Positions 1 through 11,530 are shown, numbered from the stretch's first letter. The stretch is 64,000 nt of DNA from Pseudomonadota bacterium (GCA_041178185.1 JBEGVS010000064.1:64693-128692), one strand, 5' to 3'. A program made the numbers and translations. Notes: generated by a model from the sequence alone, not told the origin.

Positions 1-929
1 ATGAGGCGCGCCCACATCCGTCTCCCCGCTCGGAACTTTGCGATCTCCTCAAAGAAATCGTTGTGAACGTCAAAGAAGAAGGAGAGCTGCGGAGCGAAAC
101 TATCGATAGCCATCCCTCTGCCAAGGCAGTGATCGACATATGCTAAACCGTCCGCGATCGTAAACGCGAGCTCTTGCACCGCGGTCGACCCCGCTTCCCG
201 GATATGATAGCCACTAATACTGACCGGGTTAAACTTCGGAGCCGACGAAGCACAGAACTCAATTACATCACACACCAACTTGACCGATGGCTTTGGCGGA
301 GAGATCCATTCCTTCTGTGCGATGAACTCCTTGAGCATGTCGTTCTGGATAGTGCCACCTACTTTGTCGAACGGAATGCCCCGACGGCGGGCTACAGCGA
401 AATAGAACGCGAATGCGATCGTCGCCGTGCAGTTGATCGTCATCGACGTGGTGATCTTATCCTGTTCGATGCCGTCGAAGAGGGTCTCCATATCTTGAAT
501 AGTTGCGACGCTGACCCCTTCTCGCCCAACCTCTCCGAGCGACCGAGGATGATCCGGGTCGTAGCCCATTAAGCACGGCATATCGAACGCCGTGGAGAGT
601 CCGGTTTGCCCGTGATCGAGCAGGTACTTGAATCGCTGATTCGTGTCCTCAGGGCTTCCAAACCCGGCGAATTGTCGCATCGTCCAGAGACGACCACGAT
701 ACATGGTTGGTTGCACACCTCGCGTGAATGGATATTCACCGGGAAACCCCAGGTCGGCGTGATGGTCTACCGCTCCACCGTTGTCGGGGGTTACGAGCTC
801 GGGTTGCTTTCGAAAGCTGATCGATTCGTATGCGGACTTGCGCTCCTTCTGAAGGAAGTAACGGTGTTTACGCCACTCCTCATAAGAGGCGCTCTTGGAA
901 AAAGATGGTGCGCTCGGTTTCTTGCTCAT
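1..929 (-). CDS. methylmalonyl-CoA mutase family (acyl-CoA mutase) large subunit, N-terminal part; the 3' end of the gene runs off the window start
   Basis: Reverse-strand translation from an ATG at 929 gives [10 protein letters not shown]...[34 protein letters not shown]...[10 protein letters not shown]. The TMRQ(F/Y)AGFG and GYHIREAG motifs are diagnostic of B12-dependent acyl-CoA mutases. The gene is not in the ORF track because no stop lies inside the window. Confidence 0.7.
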   Translation of the reverse strand, partial: MSKKPSAPSFSKSASYEEWRKHRYFLQKERKSAYESISFRKQPELVTPDNGGAVDHHADLGFPGEYPFTRGVQPTMYRGRLWTMRQFAGFGSPEDTNQRFKYLLDHGQTGLSTAFDMPCLMGYDPDHPRSLGEVGREGVSVATIQDMETLFDGIEQDKITTSMTINCTATIAFAFYFAVARRRGIPFDKVGGTIQNDMLKEFIAQKEWISPPKPSVKLVCDVIEFCASSAPKFNPVSISGYHIREAGSTAVQELAFTIADGLAYVDHCLGRGMAIDSFAPQLSFFFDVHNDFFEEIAKFRAGRRMWARL

Positions 930-943
930 ACCTAGGGCAGAAA

Positions 944-2104
944 CTACTCTTTTAAGAGCTGGGTGGCTATCAAGATCCGCTGAATCTCGCTCGTTCCCTC
1001 GTAAATCTCCGTAATCTTTGCATCTCGAAGGTGTCGCTCGGCTGGATAGTCGGTCACATACCCATACCCGCCATGAATCTGGATGCCTTTATTGGCGCAG
1101 AACATCGCGGTCTCAGAGGCTGAGAGCTTGGCCATAGCGGCCTGGCGCACATAGCTCTTCTTTTGATCTTTTCGCTTCGCCGCCGCCAAGGTGAGGTATC
1201 GGGCGCTATCGATACGACACACCATATCGGCGAAGTAGTTTTGAATCGATTGATGCTCGCAGATCGACTTTCCAAACGCCTTTCGCTCTTGAGCATACTT
1301 GAGCGCATCATCTAACGAGGAGCGAGCGATGCCGACCGCTTGAGCTGCCACCCCTATACGTCCACCATTGAGCGTCGTCATCGCAACGGTGAAGCCCCTA
1401 TTCTCCTCATAGAGCAAGGCGCTTTTCGGAAGGCGTACGTTGTCATACATGATACTCGAGGTCGGAGAACCTCGAATTCCCATCTTATCCTCGTGCTTAC
1501 CGCGAGAGATACCCGCAAGACTCATATCGTGAACGAAGGCGGTGATAGCTTTATTGCCCTTCGATGTATCACGAGATGCGAATACGACACACACACCCGC
1601 CTCGGGGGCGTTCGTGATCCAATTCTTGGTTCCATTGAGAACGTACCCGTCCCCATCCTCCCGATACGTTGTCGTTATCGCGGCGGCATCACTTCCGGTG
1701 CTCGGCTCAGAGAGCGCGAAGCATCCGAGTGCCTGACCAGAGGCTAGTCGAGGTAGGAAATATCGTTTCTGCTCCTCGGTCCCATACTCAAGGATCGGCG
1801 TTACACACAGCGATGTGTGTGCACTTACGATAATGCCCGTCGAGGCGCATGCTGCCGACAATTCCTCAATGATGAGCGCATACGCAAGCGTGGAAAGCCC
1901 CGCCCCCCCATACTCAGATGGGATAATTGAACCGAGCAATCCCAGCTCACCCATTTTCGGAATCAGCTCTCGCGGAAAGTAGTGTTCGCGATCGATCTTG
2001 GCAGCAAGTGGCGCGACATCCTTTTCAGCGAAGGCCTGCGCCGTATCACAGGCGAAGTTCTCTTCATCTGAGAGCTCAAAAGGAAAACTGTCTCGCCACA
2101 CCAT
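944..2104 (-). CDS. acyl-CoA dehydrogenase (short/branched-chain type)
   Basis: A 386 aa ORF with the ACAD fold signatures (GGx[14 protein letters not shown] at the C-terminus). It is co-oriented with the mutase and hydratase genes. Confidence 0.9.
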   Translation of the reverse strand: MVWRDSFPFELSDEENFACDTAQAFAEKDVAPLAAKIDREHYFPRELIPKMGELGLLGSIIPSEYGGAGLSTLAYALIIEELSAACASTGIIVSAHTSLCVTPILEYGTEEQKRYFLPRLASGQALGCFALSEPSTGSDAAAITTTYREDGDGYVLNGTKNWITNAPEAGVCVVFASRDTSKGNKAITAFVHDMSLAGISRGKHEDKMGIRGSPTSSIMYDNVRLPKSALLYEENRGFTVAMTTLNGGRIGVAAQAVGIARSSLDDALKYAQERKAFGKSICEHQSIQNYFADMVCRIDSARYLTLAAAKRKDQKKSYVRQAAMAKLSASETAMFCANKGIQIHGGYGYVTDYPAERHLRDAKITEIYEGTSEIQRILIATQLLKE

Positions 2105-2115
2105 AGAGATCTCCG

Positions 2116-2910
2116 TTATCGCCCGGTGAATGTCGCAGGACGTTTTTGCAGAAAGGCGCTCATCCCCTCCTCTCTATCCGCGGTACCAAAGAGCCTGAGG
2201 AACTCTTCAACTTCAAGTCGCAATCCGGAAAGAAGCAGAGACTGCTGCGCCTCATTGATGACCTTCTTCGCGCCTTTCACGGCGAGAGGGGCCTTCGACG
2301 CAATAGTTGTCGCCATCTTCTTCACCTCCTCCATCAGTTGCGCATCTGGGAAGACCTTATCAGCCAAGCCGATGATGCGAGCCTCCTCAGCGCCGATCAG
2401 CTCACCGGTGTAACACAGACGACGAGCGGCCCCGATACCACACCGCTGGATCAGTCGCTGCGTACCACCGAATCCGGGGATGATCCCCAAATTAACCTCA
2501 GGCTGTCCGAGCTTCGCACTCTCGCAACAAACGATAAGGTCGCATGCCAGTGCCAGCTCAAGACCACCTCCGAGCGCAAAACCATTGACCGCCGCAATCA
2601 CAGGAACCTCACACGTTTCAATGAGCCGCATAGCCCGCTGCCCCAGTTCGACGTAGTCGGCTATGGGTCGGGCACCGAGTCCGTGCATCGAGCGGATGTC
2701 AGCGCCCGCCACGAAAGCCTTCGGCCCCCTTCCTGTTAGTATAACGCCGCGGATCGACGGGTCTGAGGCGATTTTTCCAAACTCAATGATAAGTCCCTGA
2801 AGAACATCAGGATTTAGGGCATTTAGGCTCTCCTGGCGGTTAATCGTAACCGTCACAACAGCGCCATCCCTCTCCACTAAAACGGTATTCTCTTCCATCA
2901 ACGTAACCAT
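2116..2910 (-). CDS. enoyl-CoA hydratase/isomerase (crotonase family)
   Basis: A 264 aa ORF with the crotonase motifs (AAVNGFALGGGLELALACD). It sits 12 nt upstream of the ACAD gene. Confidence 0.9.
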   Translation of the reverse strand: MVTLMEENTVLVERDGAVVTVTINRQESLNALNPDVLQGLIIEFGKIASDPSIRGVILTGRGPKAFVAGADIRSMHGLGARPIADYVELGQRAMRLIETCEVPVIAAVNGFALGGGLELALACDLIVCCESAKLGQPEVNLGIIPGFGGTQRLIQRCGIGAARRLCYTGELIGAEEARIIGLADKVFPDAQLMEEVKKMATTIASKAPLAVKGAKKVINEAQQSLLLSGLRLEVEEFLRLFGTADREEGMSAFLQKRPATFTGR

Positions 2911-3123
2911 ACAAATTCCTGTGTTAGATGAGATGCTTACTAGCGTACCCCTGTTTCGCCGGGGCCGCTATATTTAAGATCGGTTGGGGGAAATGTGGGG
3001 GAGTCCGGTGACGTTGCGACCACCTGAGACATTCCAGCGACCAGGATGGGGCCGCCCTCCCACGTACCGGGTACGACCAAAGACAAAGACTAACGAGCGA
3101 CATTCTTGCGTGCCGTCACCACC

Positions 3124-3477
3124 CTACCCTGGTGGCCACAACATCTGACGACCACCGATGACATGGAGGTGAAGATGAGGGACGGTTTGCCCCCCATCAG
3201 TACCGATATTCGTAACAAGTCGATAACCTCCTGGCTCGAGTCCCTCCTTCCGTGCCACCTCAGCCGCAGCGAGCATCAGCTCCCCCAGGATCTCGGCGTC
3301 TGTTTGAACCGCTGTGGCGATACTCTCGATCGGCTTCTTGGGAATGACGAGCACGTGAGTCGGTGCTACTGGATTGATGTCCCTGAAGGCGAGGACTCGC
3401 TCTGTCTCATACACCACGTGAGCAGGGATCTCTCGTCGAATGATCTTACCGAATATAGTATCACCACCGTGTGCCAT
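3124..3477 (-). CDS. HIT family (histidine triad nucleotide-binding) protein
   Basis: A 117 aa ORF whose C-terminus, [12 protein letters not shown], is the HxHxHxx histidine triad. Confidence 0.85.
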   Translation of the reverse strand: MAHGGDTIFGKIIRREIPAHVVYETERVLAFRDINPVAPTHVLVIPKKPIESIATAVQTDAEILGELMLAAAEVARKEGLEPGGYRLVTNIGTDGGQTVPHLHLHVIGGRQMLWPPG

Positions 3478-3491
3478 ACGTTTCTTATCTC

Positions 3492-5639
3492 CTAGAGATT
3501 CATCGCCATCGCTTCAACTTGCTCGAACACATCCGTGGAACGAACGAGCGCACTACCTGACACCTCATCGTAATCAACTTGGATGAGATGTTGTACCCCA
3601 TCTTTTACATCATCAAGATGGGTGATGATAATAATTTGCTCGAACCGATTCCGCAGCTTTTCCAGTAACGCGAGCACATTGCCACGCCGCCCTTCATCGA
3701 GAGATCCGAACACCTCATCCAGAATAAGGAGCGAGAAGTGTTGTCCCGCTCGCTCAGCCAACATATGCGAGAGCGAGATACGCATGCATAGGTTTAGGAT
3801 ATCCTCCTCACCGCCACTGATAACAGCCTTGGCCTCGCCATCTTCAACCACGGTCGGGGTAAAATCCTCTCCGAGCTCTACCGCGGTATATCTTCCATCA
3901 GTGAGATCCGCGAGGTACTCACTCGCCAACTCCGCCATTCGAGGACGGATCGAGGAGTTCACGTGCTTCCGGAACTCGGTCACCATGCGGTCACATTCAT
4001 CGCATAATCGAACATCGCGACGAAGGCGCTCGACCTCGATCTGACGCTCTGCGAATTTAACCAGCTCAGAGCGGGTTCGTTCAACCAAGGCCTCTTTTGT
4101 ATTCACTTCACCTTCGAGACGCACTCGTTGCAAACGAGCAACCTCAACGAGGCGCTGAGAGGCATCGAACGCTCCCTTCTCTCGATTGTAATCCTCCTCC
4201 GAGAAGCGAAGATCCGCCATGCGCTCACTGGCGAGTCGCTTATGCTCCTCAGCCAACTTCATTTCACCCTCAAGGACTACCCGTTCTTGACGCAGCGACT
4301 CAATCTTTGCTTGAAGCTGCGCGCACAGGTTCAACTCCTGAAGCTTGGCCTCAGCCTGCTTCACCTTTTGTTCAAGATCAGCTCGCTCACTGTTCAGACG
4401 CTCTACCGATGTTGGCTGGCTCTGGATCTCCTTGCACGCCCGCTCAAGGTCGCGAACCTTCGCAGCAAGGGCTCTCTGCTCCCCTTGGAAGTGCTTACGA
4501 ACCTGCTCAAACGACTCACCAAGCGCCTGTCCACAGGTCGGGCAATCACTACCCCCTTCGAGCTCACCCACCTTGGCAACCCGTTTCTCAAGCTGAGCAT
4601 ACTGCGCTTTCGCCATATCTCGCTCGGCGGCGGCCTTTGAAACAGCCTCCCGCCACGTGAGCTCAACACCTCGCAACTCTTCAAGCTTGAGAGCCAGTCG
4701 CTCCCGCTCGGTAGCTACCTGTCTTTTGACGGAGCCGAGGGCCGCATCAAGATCGCGAGAGGCGGAGAGCGGCTTGAGCACCCTTGCCAAATCCTCCTCT
4801 GCCAAGGAGATAGTAGAGGCGACATCCTTCAATCGTCGACCTCGCTCCTCCAGACGGACAGAGGACGACTGAACGCTCTCCCGCTCCCGAAGGAATCGGG
4901 AGCGTAGTTCCTCAAGCTTCACCATCTTTTCACGAACACTCCCAAAGTCACTCTCTGCTTTCTGCAGGACCTTTTGGGCCTCGGCGTGACGCTCCCGCAT
5001 CGCCACGAGCTCTCCGTTCTCGGCCTCAAGGCGCTGCTCTATCTCCTCTTTCGTTCCGAGGCTCGCTTCGTAGCCGGTCAAGATGGCGCGCTTTTCTTTA
5101 CGATCTCCTCGAATAACCTCTTGAACCTCTTCAAGACGATCGTACCCCATCATTCGAACGATGAACTTCTCTCGCTCCGTTGCACCCTTTTTGCCACTGA
5201 GGAACTCCAATCCCTTCTGCTCGGTGCAGTAGGTCGATATAAACTCCTCATAGGTCATACCAACGATTGCACTGATGCGGGCTGAAACATCGCGGCTCCC
5301 AACAGCTACCGGCTGCGATTCACCCCCAACGTAGATCGCGGCGTCGTTGAGCGAGCGCTCGATACGAAAAACAACACCATCGTGTTCAAGGCTCAAGGCA
5401 ACTCGAAGGTCTTGATCCCTCTTTCCGCGACCGGTCTTCGCAGGGGCAGACCGTGTACGCACATCCTCAACTCGCCCCCTGAGAGCGCGCGATCCGTAAA
5501 TCGCAAAACCGATCGCCTCAACGATCGTGGTCTTTCCAGAGCCATTGGTACCGATAACGCCCACCAAACCGTCGGGAAACTCGATGTGGCTTGAGAGGTG
5601 CTGCCGAAAGAGATGTAAAGAGAGGCTACGAAGCTTCAT
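3492..5639 (-). CDS. sbcC: exonuclease SbcC / Rad50-like ATPase (compact form, ~715 aa)
   Basis: Walker A motif GTNGSGKTT, long coiled-coil, CPTCGQ zinc hook, and C-terminal [13 protein letters not shown]. The ORF track begins at a GTG (5654); the ATG at 5639 gives the typical [15 protein letters not shown]-terminus. Confidence 0.8.
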   Translation of the reverse strand: MKLRSLSLHLFRQHLSSHIEFPDGLVGVIGTNGSGKTTIVEAIGFAIYGSRALRGRVEDVRTRSAPAKTGRGKRDQDLRVALSLEHDGVVFRIERSLNDAAIYVGGESQPVAVGSRDVSARISAIVGMTYEEFISTYCTEQKGLEFLSGKKGATEREKFIVRMMGYDRLEEVQEVIRGDRKEKRAILTGYEASLGTKEEIEQRLEAENGELVAMRERHAEAQKVLQKAESDFGSVREKMVKLEELRSRFLRERESVQSSSVRLEERGRRLKDVASTISLAEEDLARVLKPLSASRDLDAALGSVKRQVATERERLALKLEELRGVELTWREAVSKAAAERDMAKAQYAQLEKRVAKVGELEGGSDCPTCGQALGESFEQVRKHFQGEQRALAAKVRDLERACKEIQSQPTSVERLNSERADLEQKVKQAEAKLQELNLCAQLQAKIESLRQERVVLEGEMKLAEEHKRLASERMADLRFSEEDYNREKGAFDASQRLVEVARLQRVRLEGEVNTKEALVERTRSELVKFAERQIEVERLRRDVRLCDECDRMVTEFRKHVNSSIRPRMAELASEYLADLTDGRYTAVELGEDFTPTVVEDGEAKAVISGGEEDILNLCMRISLSHMLAERAGQHFSLLILDEVFGSLDEGRRGNVLALLEKLRNRFEQIIIITHLDDVKDGVQHLIQVDYDEVSGSALVRSTDVFEQVEAMAMNL

Positions 5640-6801
5640 ACTTAGCCTCCACACGAGCTACATACGATGCGAGTAACTCACCTATCTCCTCCTGACTGGC
5701 GCCTGGAACCTCAAAGGTTTTGCTAAACTCCTTCAATTGATCTTTTAACAAGCCCCTACCTGGTTGACCTATCGACCGAGATTGAGATCCCGTGGAGGCG
5801 AAGGTTATATCGAGGGTGAGGTTCAAGGCCCGCGCCCGAAACGCCCGAAGCTCTTTGTGATCGAGGTGGCGATACGTCTCACGGGTCATCCCCCGAACCT
5901 CAAGGCGGACGATCTTTCCGTCCATCCCTCCACTCACGGAATCTAAACGATCCCGAATGAGTCCCATGACATCCTGGGGCTCCAATCCCTCAACCTCAAG
6001 AGGCTCAAGCACTGCGATCTCACGCGGAGAGGTCAGTGGGTGAAAGGTTCGCTTGCCACCGGGGAGGGTTACTTCAAGAAAACCCTTTCCAACTGAAGCC
6101 TCACTCCAGATATTGTTCGAGGTGTGCTCAAGTGCACCAGAGTAGGCGGCATTCAGCGCCACAGGGCGATGGAGATGCACGTGCCCAAGCGCAATATAGT
6201 CCCATTCATGTGGCGCTAATGCTTTGAGTTCGACCTCAGCCCCACCAAAATCACTTACCCACCGCTCGTTCACCTGTCCGTGCACCACGAGTATATTGTG
6301 AGCGAATCGATCATCGGCTCGCAGTGAGAGCGTCCCGAGCTCCAGCAACGCGGTGTGCGGCAAACACGAAACTGCGAGCCCCTTCTCTTTGAACGTGAAC
6401 ACCTCGTAACCGCTCTCAGCTACATACACGTTGTCTATCTCGCTAAAGAGCTGGAGCACTGAGCCGGTATCAGCACGTTTGGGCGTCTCATGGTTACCCG
6501 CGATAAGCACCACAGGGGCATTGGTATCCCGGGCAAGTCGTCGCAACTGTCGAAAACAGAACGTTACGATGGAGTTTGAGGGACGCACCGCATGAAAGAG
6601 GTCGCCAGCGATAATGGTAACATCAGGCTTGAGGGAGATAATCCGAGTTATGGCCTCTTGAAAAGCCAAGTTGACATCGAGTTCACGTTGATTAACTCCG
6701 GACTTGGAGAGTCTGTTGTACCGACGATACCCCAAGTGCACGTCCGCTAGGTGACAGACCCGGAGCGGTGCTTTAGAGGTCGGACTCAATGGAGTTGGCA
6801 T
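5626..6801 (-). CDS. sbcD: exonuclease SbcD / Mre11-type metallophosphoesterase
   Basis: VCHLADVHLG, GDLFH and GNHE metallophosphoesterase motifs. The stop overlaps the sbcC start. Confidence 0.85.
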   Translation of the reverse strand: MPTPLSPTSKAPLRVCHLADVHLGYRRYNRLSKSGVNQRELDVNLAFQEAITRIISLKPDVTIIAGDLFHAVRPSNSIVTFCFRQLRRLARDTNAPVVLIAGNHETPKRADTGSVLQLFSEIDNVYVAESGYEVFTFKEKGLAVSCLPHTALLELGTLSLRADDRFAHNILVVHGQVNERWVSDFGGAEVELKALAPHEWDYIALGHVHLHRPVALNAAYSGALEHTSNNIWSEASVGKGFLEVTLPGGKRTFHPLTSPREIAVLEPLEVEGLEPQDVMGLIRDRLDSVSGGMDGKIVRLEVRGMTRETYRHLDHKELRAFRARALNLTLDITFASTGSQSRSIGQPGRGLLKDQLKEFSKTFEVPGASQEEIGELLASYVARVEAKYEAS

Positions 6802-6983
6802 AGAGAAAAACTAATCGGTGAATCGATGAGGCGAATGTACCCAATCCATCCCCGGACTTCAATCAAGAAGAGGGGGCTAATTCACCTCGAAGGCCCGGAA
6901 AGATGGAGGTTTTACTCCATCATGGACATTTCGTTGGGGGGCTGACGGAACAGGACCTCCTGAATGGGCTCTCAGGCGTCTCC

Positions 6984-7778
6984 TTACATCGAAACGGAGG
7001 GATCGTCCTTACACTGAGCATCGCTTGGCTCGAGTTGAAAAACCCAGATTCGGACATCTCCGTGGGGTGCCGTTCGGACACGACACGCCGATCGGTAGCC
7101 ACGCGAGTGTACATGTTGCGGGAGCTGAACTGTCTGATGAAGGGCCACTGAGGTATCTGCGTCGATCTTTTTGCGGATCTCTGCGTAGACCTCCATCGAC
7201 ATAAAACGGACGGCGACCTCCTCTGCTCGCATAGCTGGCGCTCCCTCGATGACCCGACCTAAGAACTCGTTGCAATATGCAAGCGATCCATCACTGCGCT
7301 GCGCGAAGATCGCTTCGCTGTTGAGCTCTTCAATCGCTCGGCGCAACCCCAAAAGATTTCCTATCCTCACTCGCTGCTCCTCGCTCTGTCGACGGGCCTG
7401 ACTCAGGCTAATATGGTTATATACCCGTGCAAGAAAAGCTGTGCGATCGAGAGGCTTAGTCAAAAAATCGTTAGCACCAGTAGTTAGTCCTCGAACGACA
7501 TCATTCCCCTCAGCGCTCGCGGTAACGAGCAGTACAGGAACAGAGTCAGCAGCATATCGTTGACGTATCTGACGCAAAAGGTCGAAGCCATCTATGTCGG
7601 GCATCGAGATGTCGAGTAAAATGAGGGCGGGTATATCCTTGTCGAGAAAGTCGATACACTGCGTGCCACTGCCACATTCAACGGCATCATAGCCGCATGC
7701 GGCTAGTATCGAGGTAGCCATTCCCCGGCTTACCGGACAGTCGTCTACGACAAGGATTGACTGCTGTTTCGTCGGCAT
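6984..7778 (-). CDS. response regulator: receiver domain followed by a PAS-like C-terminal region, with no recognisable DNA-binding output
   Basis: ILVVDDxxxxR...LLDISMPDIDGFDLL receiver motifs at the N-terminus; the C-terminal ~130 aa are PAS-like. Confidence 0.7.
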   Translation of the reverse strand: MPTKQQSILVVDDCPVSRGMATSILAACGYDAVECGSGTQCIDFLDKDIPALILLDISMPDIDGFDLLRQIRQRYAADSVPVLLVTASAEGNDVVRGLTTGANDFLTKPLDRTAFLARVYNHISLSQARRQSEEQRVRIGNLLGLRRAIEELNSEAIFAQRSDGSLAYCNEFLGRVIEGAPAMRAEEVAVRFMSMEVYAEIRKKIDADTSVALHQTVQLPQHVHSRGYRSACRVRTAPHGDVRIWVFQLEPSDAQCKDDPSVSM

Positions 7779-7859
7779 ACATCTCCCCTTTTTGAGCGGC
7801 GATCTCTGTGCAGGGTGTATCCCGTTGCACAGTGACTCTCGGATTTCTTCCGAGAGTCC

Positions 7860-8516
7860 TTGCTCTCCGTTGCCTTTCTCCTACTGGCTCACCTCTTGCA
7901 ATCGACCTATTCCGCAAGATCCTTTAGGAATGGGAGTTTCAAAAAACCAAGGGAATACATGACCTTAGAAACCAACCCCTTAGAGCAACCTGCCACAAGT
8001 GCGCAGGAGTTGCGGGGCGACGCTCCATATTTGTCCACCGGATGCGTTCTTCTGGGGATCCTAAAGTCCACCGAGAATGAGCTCCGCAAGAGGGACCACC
8101 TATGGTCCTCAGGCACTCCCCCTACCCCACTCTGGTTTATCGCAGAGACAGAACGAAACATCTTCCTGTGGCGCACAAACCAGAGCCTAGACGATTCCCG
8201 CAAGTACAGCTTTTGGGTTGATGTACGAGGGCTTATCAGCAAACGACGGGAGCAATTGGCACGACCCCAAGATTCCAATCCCTTTACGAATCCCTTGTGG
8301 GGAAGCGGTTCCCTCGATCCGTCTCTCGTTGAACGGGAACGGGACTACCTCGACGCCCTTGAGGACCTTATTCCAAATGCCTTTCGAAGAGCCGAAACCC
8401 TAAGTCGGGCTAGTGAGTCTCTCCGACTCGAGATCGACCCGGAGGCGGTCCGCACCGCCATCATTATTCCGGCTCCGGGATGTGGACCACTTCCCAACAA
8501 AGCCGAAGAGCCCTAA
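7860..8516 (+). CDS. hypothetical protein (start uncertain; possibly the internal MTLETNPLEQ)
   Basis: An ORF only, with no recognisable motif. Confidence 0.3.
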   Translation: MLSVAFLLLAHLLQSTYSARSFRNGSFKKPREYMTLETNPLEQPATSAQELRGDAPYLSTGCVLLGILKSTENELRKRDHLWSSGTPPTPLWFIAETERNIFLWRTNQSLDDSRKYSFWVDVRGLISKRREQLARPQDSNPFTNPLWGSGSLDPSLVERERDYLDALEDLIPNAFRRAETLSRASESLRLEIDPEAVRTAIIIPAPGCGPLPNKAEEP

Positions 8517-8631
8517 ATAGAGAACTCAAGCACTCCCCTCTCACATACTTTGGGGGAGCGTTTTACTGCTATTTGCTATACCGTAAGGGAGCTGGCGGCG
8601 CCTCATTGCCTTCACAGCGCTGCATTTTGGA

Positions 8632-9780
8632 ATGCTTATGACCTACGCATGTATCGACCCCCTCGTGATTGAAACGGTAACTCGGCTGTGCGAATCGGAG
8701 ATCCCCAAATATCAGAGCGACGAACACTACAATACCATTCCTCGCCCTCTCTTCACCTCGATGTGCGACGCCGGCTTAGGAGGTCTCAGCATACCAGAGG
8801 AGTACGGCGGAATCGGCGCAAGTGCAGCGACCAGCGCTGCTGTCTTTGAAACCATCTCGAGATACGACGTTGGACCGGCGATCTTCCTATCGGTACATGC
8901 CATGGTGAGCGGAATCATAGCTCGACATGGCTCAGAGGAGCAGAAGCAGATCTACTTACCCAAACTAGCCTCGGGTGAATTACTGGGCGCGTTTGCTCTG
9001 ACCGAACCGCACGCTGGATCAGATACCGCTGCGCTCGCCACCGAAGCAAAGATACTTTCAGATGGCTTCGCCCTAAATGGGAACAAGTGCTATATTACGA
9101 GCGCCGGATTTGCCGATATCTACCTCACCTTTGCGAAGACAGAGGACAACACCACCTCAGGTCTCTCTGGATTCATAGTGCCATCTACAACACCGGGCCT
9201 TTCTTGGGGCAAACCGGAGAAAAAAATGGGAGCAGAGCTCTCTCCGATAGCCTCGCTCTTTTTCGATAACGCAACCCTTCCCAAGAACGCACTTCTGGGA
9301 GCGCTGCACGGCGGTCGAAAGGTAGCGCTCTCTGGACTTGCTGGGGGACGTGTCAACATCGCCGCATGCGCGAACGGACTCTCCCGAGCTGCTATCGAGG
9401 ATAGTATCGCCTACATGAAGGAGCGACACCAATTTGGTAAGGCTCTCGTTGACTTTCAAGGTCTCCAATTCATGCTCGCGGATATGTACTCAAAGCTCAC
9501 AGCCGCCCAACTTCTCACTGAGAAAGCTGCGAACGATATAGACGCCCTCGCAAGCGGCAACTCCTCGTGCAATACGAAGTTATCATCATCAACGGCGAAA
9601 TGTTTCGCCACTGACGCTGCTATGGCGATTACAACTGACGCAGTGCAGCTCTTTGGTGGCGCCGGGTATATCAAAGACTATACCGTTGAGCGCTACATGC
9701 GAGACGCCAAGATGCTACAGATCGTTGAGGGCACCAACCAAATTCAGCGCGTTATTATCGCTCGGGAGATGATAGAATAA
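8632..9780 (+). CDS. acyl-CoA dehydrogenase
   Basis: A 382 aa ORF with the ACAD fold; the C-terminus reads IVEGTNQIQRVIIARE. Confidence 0.85.
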   Translation: MLMTYACIDPLVIETVTRLCESEIPKYQSDEHYNTIPRPLFTSMCDAGLGGLSIPEEYGGIGASAATSAAVFETISRYDVGPAIFLSVHAMVSGIIARHGSEEQKQIYLPKLASGELLGAFALTEPHAGSDTAALATEAKILSDGFALNGNKCYITSAGFADIYLTFAKTEDNTTSGLSGFIVPSTTPGLSWGKPEKKMGAELSPIASLFFDNATLPKNALLGALHGGRKVALSGLAGGRVNIAACANGLSRAAIEDSIAYMKERHQFGKALVDFQGLQFMLADMYSKLTAAQLLTEKAANDIDALASGNSSCNTKLSSSTAKCFATDAAMAITTDAVQLFGGAGYIKDYTVERYMRDAKMLQIVEGTNQIQRVIIAREMIE

Positions 9781-9923
9781 GGGTTTCTCAAACCTGCGCT
9801 GCTCGTGAGAGAGCGCAAAGACCGTTCACTGCTGCAGCAAGACAAACCACCGCAGAGACATTGCGTCCGGAGAGAATCTCTCCCAGCAGCACACAGCTAC
9901 GAACATCTTTATGTAGTACGACC

Positions 9924-10910
9924 CTATCCCCTCATGTCCACAACTTGAAGGAAGGTTGTTGGATCGATATTAGAGCCGCATAGAACCAAGGCACACGTGT
10001 AATCCTTCAGTCTCTCACGCTCCTTCAGATATGCAGCAACTGAAAGCGCCCCCGCTCCCTCAACAACAAGTCTATGCTCATAAAAAAGATATCGCATCGC
10101 CGCGCTAATATCGGACTCTTCCACAAGTATCCACTGATCAACGAGCGCTTTGCACATATCGATCGTGATAGACCCCTCCTCCACCGACCCAGCAGTACTA
10201 TCCGAGAGCGTTTCAATATGAGCAGCGAATTCCGCACCAATGCCGGTTACCTTGTCGTACATTCCTGCGGAATTTGCCGGCGACACGCCGATAACTTTGA
10301 GCGAGGGCTTCACAGCCTTGAGGTAGGCGGCCACTCCCGCCACCAATCCACCACCTCCGACAGCAACCAGTACCACATCCATGTGCGGCACCTGACGAAA
10401 CAACTCAATCCCGATCGTGCCCTGTCCCGCGAGAACCCACGGGTCATTGTAGGGCGAGATGAAGGGGCTCCCTGTCTCCAACGCTGCCTGCCGCGCGCAT
10501 GATTCGCACTCCTCGTACGTTTCCCCACTGACGCGCACAACGCACGAATACTCCTCAAACATACGTCTGCGAGCTTTGTCGACGGTCCGAGGCAAAAAGA
10601 TAGTAGAGGCTACTCCGTACACCTCGGACGCCATAGCTACCCCGAGACCGTGATTACCCGACGAGCAGGCGATGACACCACTGCTCTGCTCACGGTCAGA
10701 CAGAGCGCTCAAACGATGGAGAGCACCACGCACTTTAAATGAACCCGTAACCTGTTGGCACTCCAGTTTGAGCCATACCTCTCCGGTCGCGCTTTCAAGG
10801 GAGCGAGCTCGCTCTACCCCGGTTTCTCGGATGTATGGCTGAATCACCCCGTGGGCTTGCCGCACACCCTCGTGCCCAGCGAATATCGTTGTGTGCGAAA
10901 CCTTACTCAT
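9924..10910 (-). CDS. PLP-dependent threonine/serine dehydratase (threonine ammonia-lyase family)
   Basis: The PLP lysine motif SFKVRGA and the SSGNHG motif are present. The ORF track starts at a TTG (10946); an ATG at 10910 preceded by GGAGAAGGGG is more plausible. Confidence 0.8.
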   Translation of the reverse strand: MSKVSHTTIFAGHEGVRQAHGVIQPYIRETGVERARSLESATGEVWLKLECQQVTGSFKVRGALHRLSALSDREQSSGVIACSSGNHGLGVAMASEVYGVASTIFLPRTVDKARRRMFEEYSCVVRVSGETYEECESCARQAALETGSPFISPYNDPWVLAGQGTIGIELFRQVPHMDVVLVAVGGGGLVAGVAAYLKAVKPSLKVIGVSPANSAGMYDKVTGIGAEFAAHIETLSDSTAGSVEEGSITIDMCKALVDQWILVEESDISAAMRYLFYEHRLVVEGAGALSVAAYLKERERLKDYTCALVLCGSNIDPTTFLQVVDMRG

Positions 10911-10961
10911 GCCCCTTCTCCAGCGCCGCACCTCCAGGCGACACAACTGTTTGAGATGCGA

Positions 10962-11336
10962 TTACTCATCTGCTGGAAAGGGTCGATGCGCACCCCCAAG
11001 TTGCTCCGGACCAGGGACGGCTCCAATCACATGCTCCACCATCACCACTGATTGCTGCTGGTCGTTGGCGACGAATTCAAGGCGGGGATCACCATGCGTC
11101 TTTGCGTGAAGCACGTGGGCGGCCATGACGAACCCAACGAGGCTGGCGTAGAACGCAGCTCCTGAGCTAAGTAAAAACGTCTGCATCCTCGGCGAAAATT
11201 CCAACCCCTCTACTGGAGTGTCTGGGGGCAGATCAACCACATCCCGCCCACGATGAAACTTCATGCGAAAACAGGTTTCGCATAGCCGGTCAGCACTACC
11301 ATCCGCCAGACCGCACCGATAACATCCGCCGCTCAT
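10962..11336 (-). CDS. hypothetical Cys-rich (CxxC...CxxC) small protein with one hydrophobic segment
   Basis: The N-terminus contains CYRCG...CETC, zinc-ribbon-like, followed by a hydrophobic stretch. Confidence 0.4.
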   Translation of the reverse strand: MSGGCYRCGLADGSADRLCETCFRMKFHRGRDVVDLPPDTPVEGLEFSPRMQTFLLSSGAAFYASLVGFVMAAHVLHAKTHGDPRLEFVANDQQQSVVMVEHVIGAVPGPEQLGGAHRPFPADE

Positions 11337-11530
11337 ACCATCGCCTCTAAGGGTGGGTCGGCGTAACCACCTTAGGGCTGAAGATTACGGGGCTACTTTA
11401 TACAAGCCTCTGACATCGCGGGGAAATAATCGGGATCCGTCAGTGTATCAAGCACCGAGGCCCCGCGGCAGCTTAGTAAGAACCGGCGACCCCAACGGTC
11501 GGGCGCGCTCTCCCCGCGCCCGCGCAAACC

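Noticed and set aside
174-935. The + strand ORFs 174-572 and 606-935.
   Set aside because: They lie antisense to the clearly coding minus-strand acyl-CoA mutase gene (TMRQFAGFG and GYHIREAG motifs), and they have no motifs of their own.
3583-5594. A series of + strand ORFs (for example 3583-4044, 4097-4660, 4128-4640, 4974-5285).
   Set aside because: All are antisense within sbcC. They are low-complexity, Arg/Ser/Pro-rich translations typical of high-GC antisense frames.
6802-6983. A possible tRNA or small RNA between sbcD and the response-regulator gene.
   Set aside because: There is no cloverleaf-compatible arrangement and no GTTCGAATC-type T-arm. It appears to be promoter or spacer DNA.
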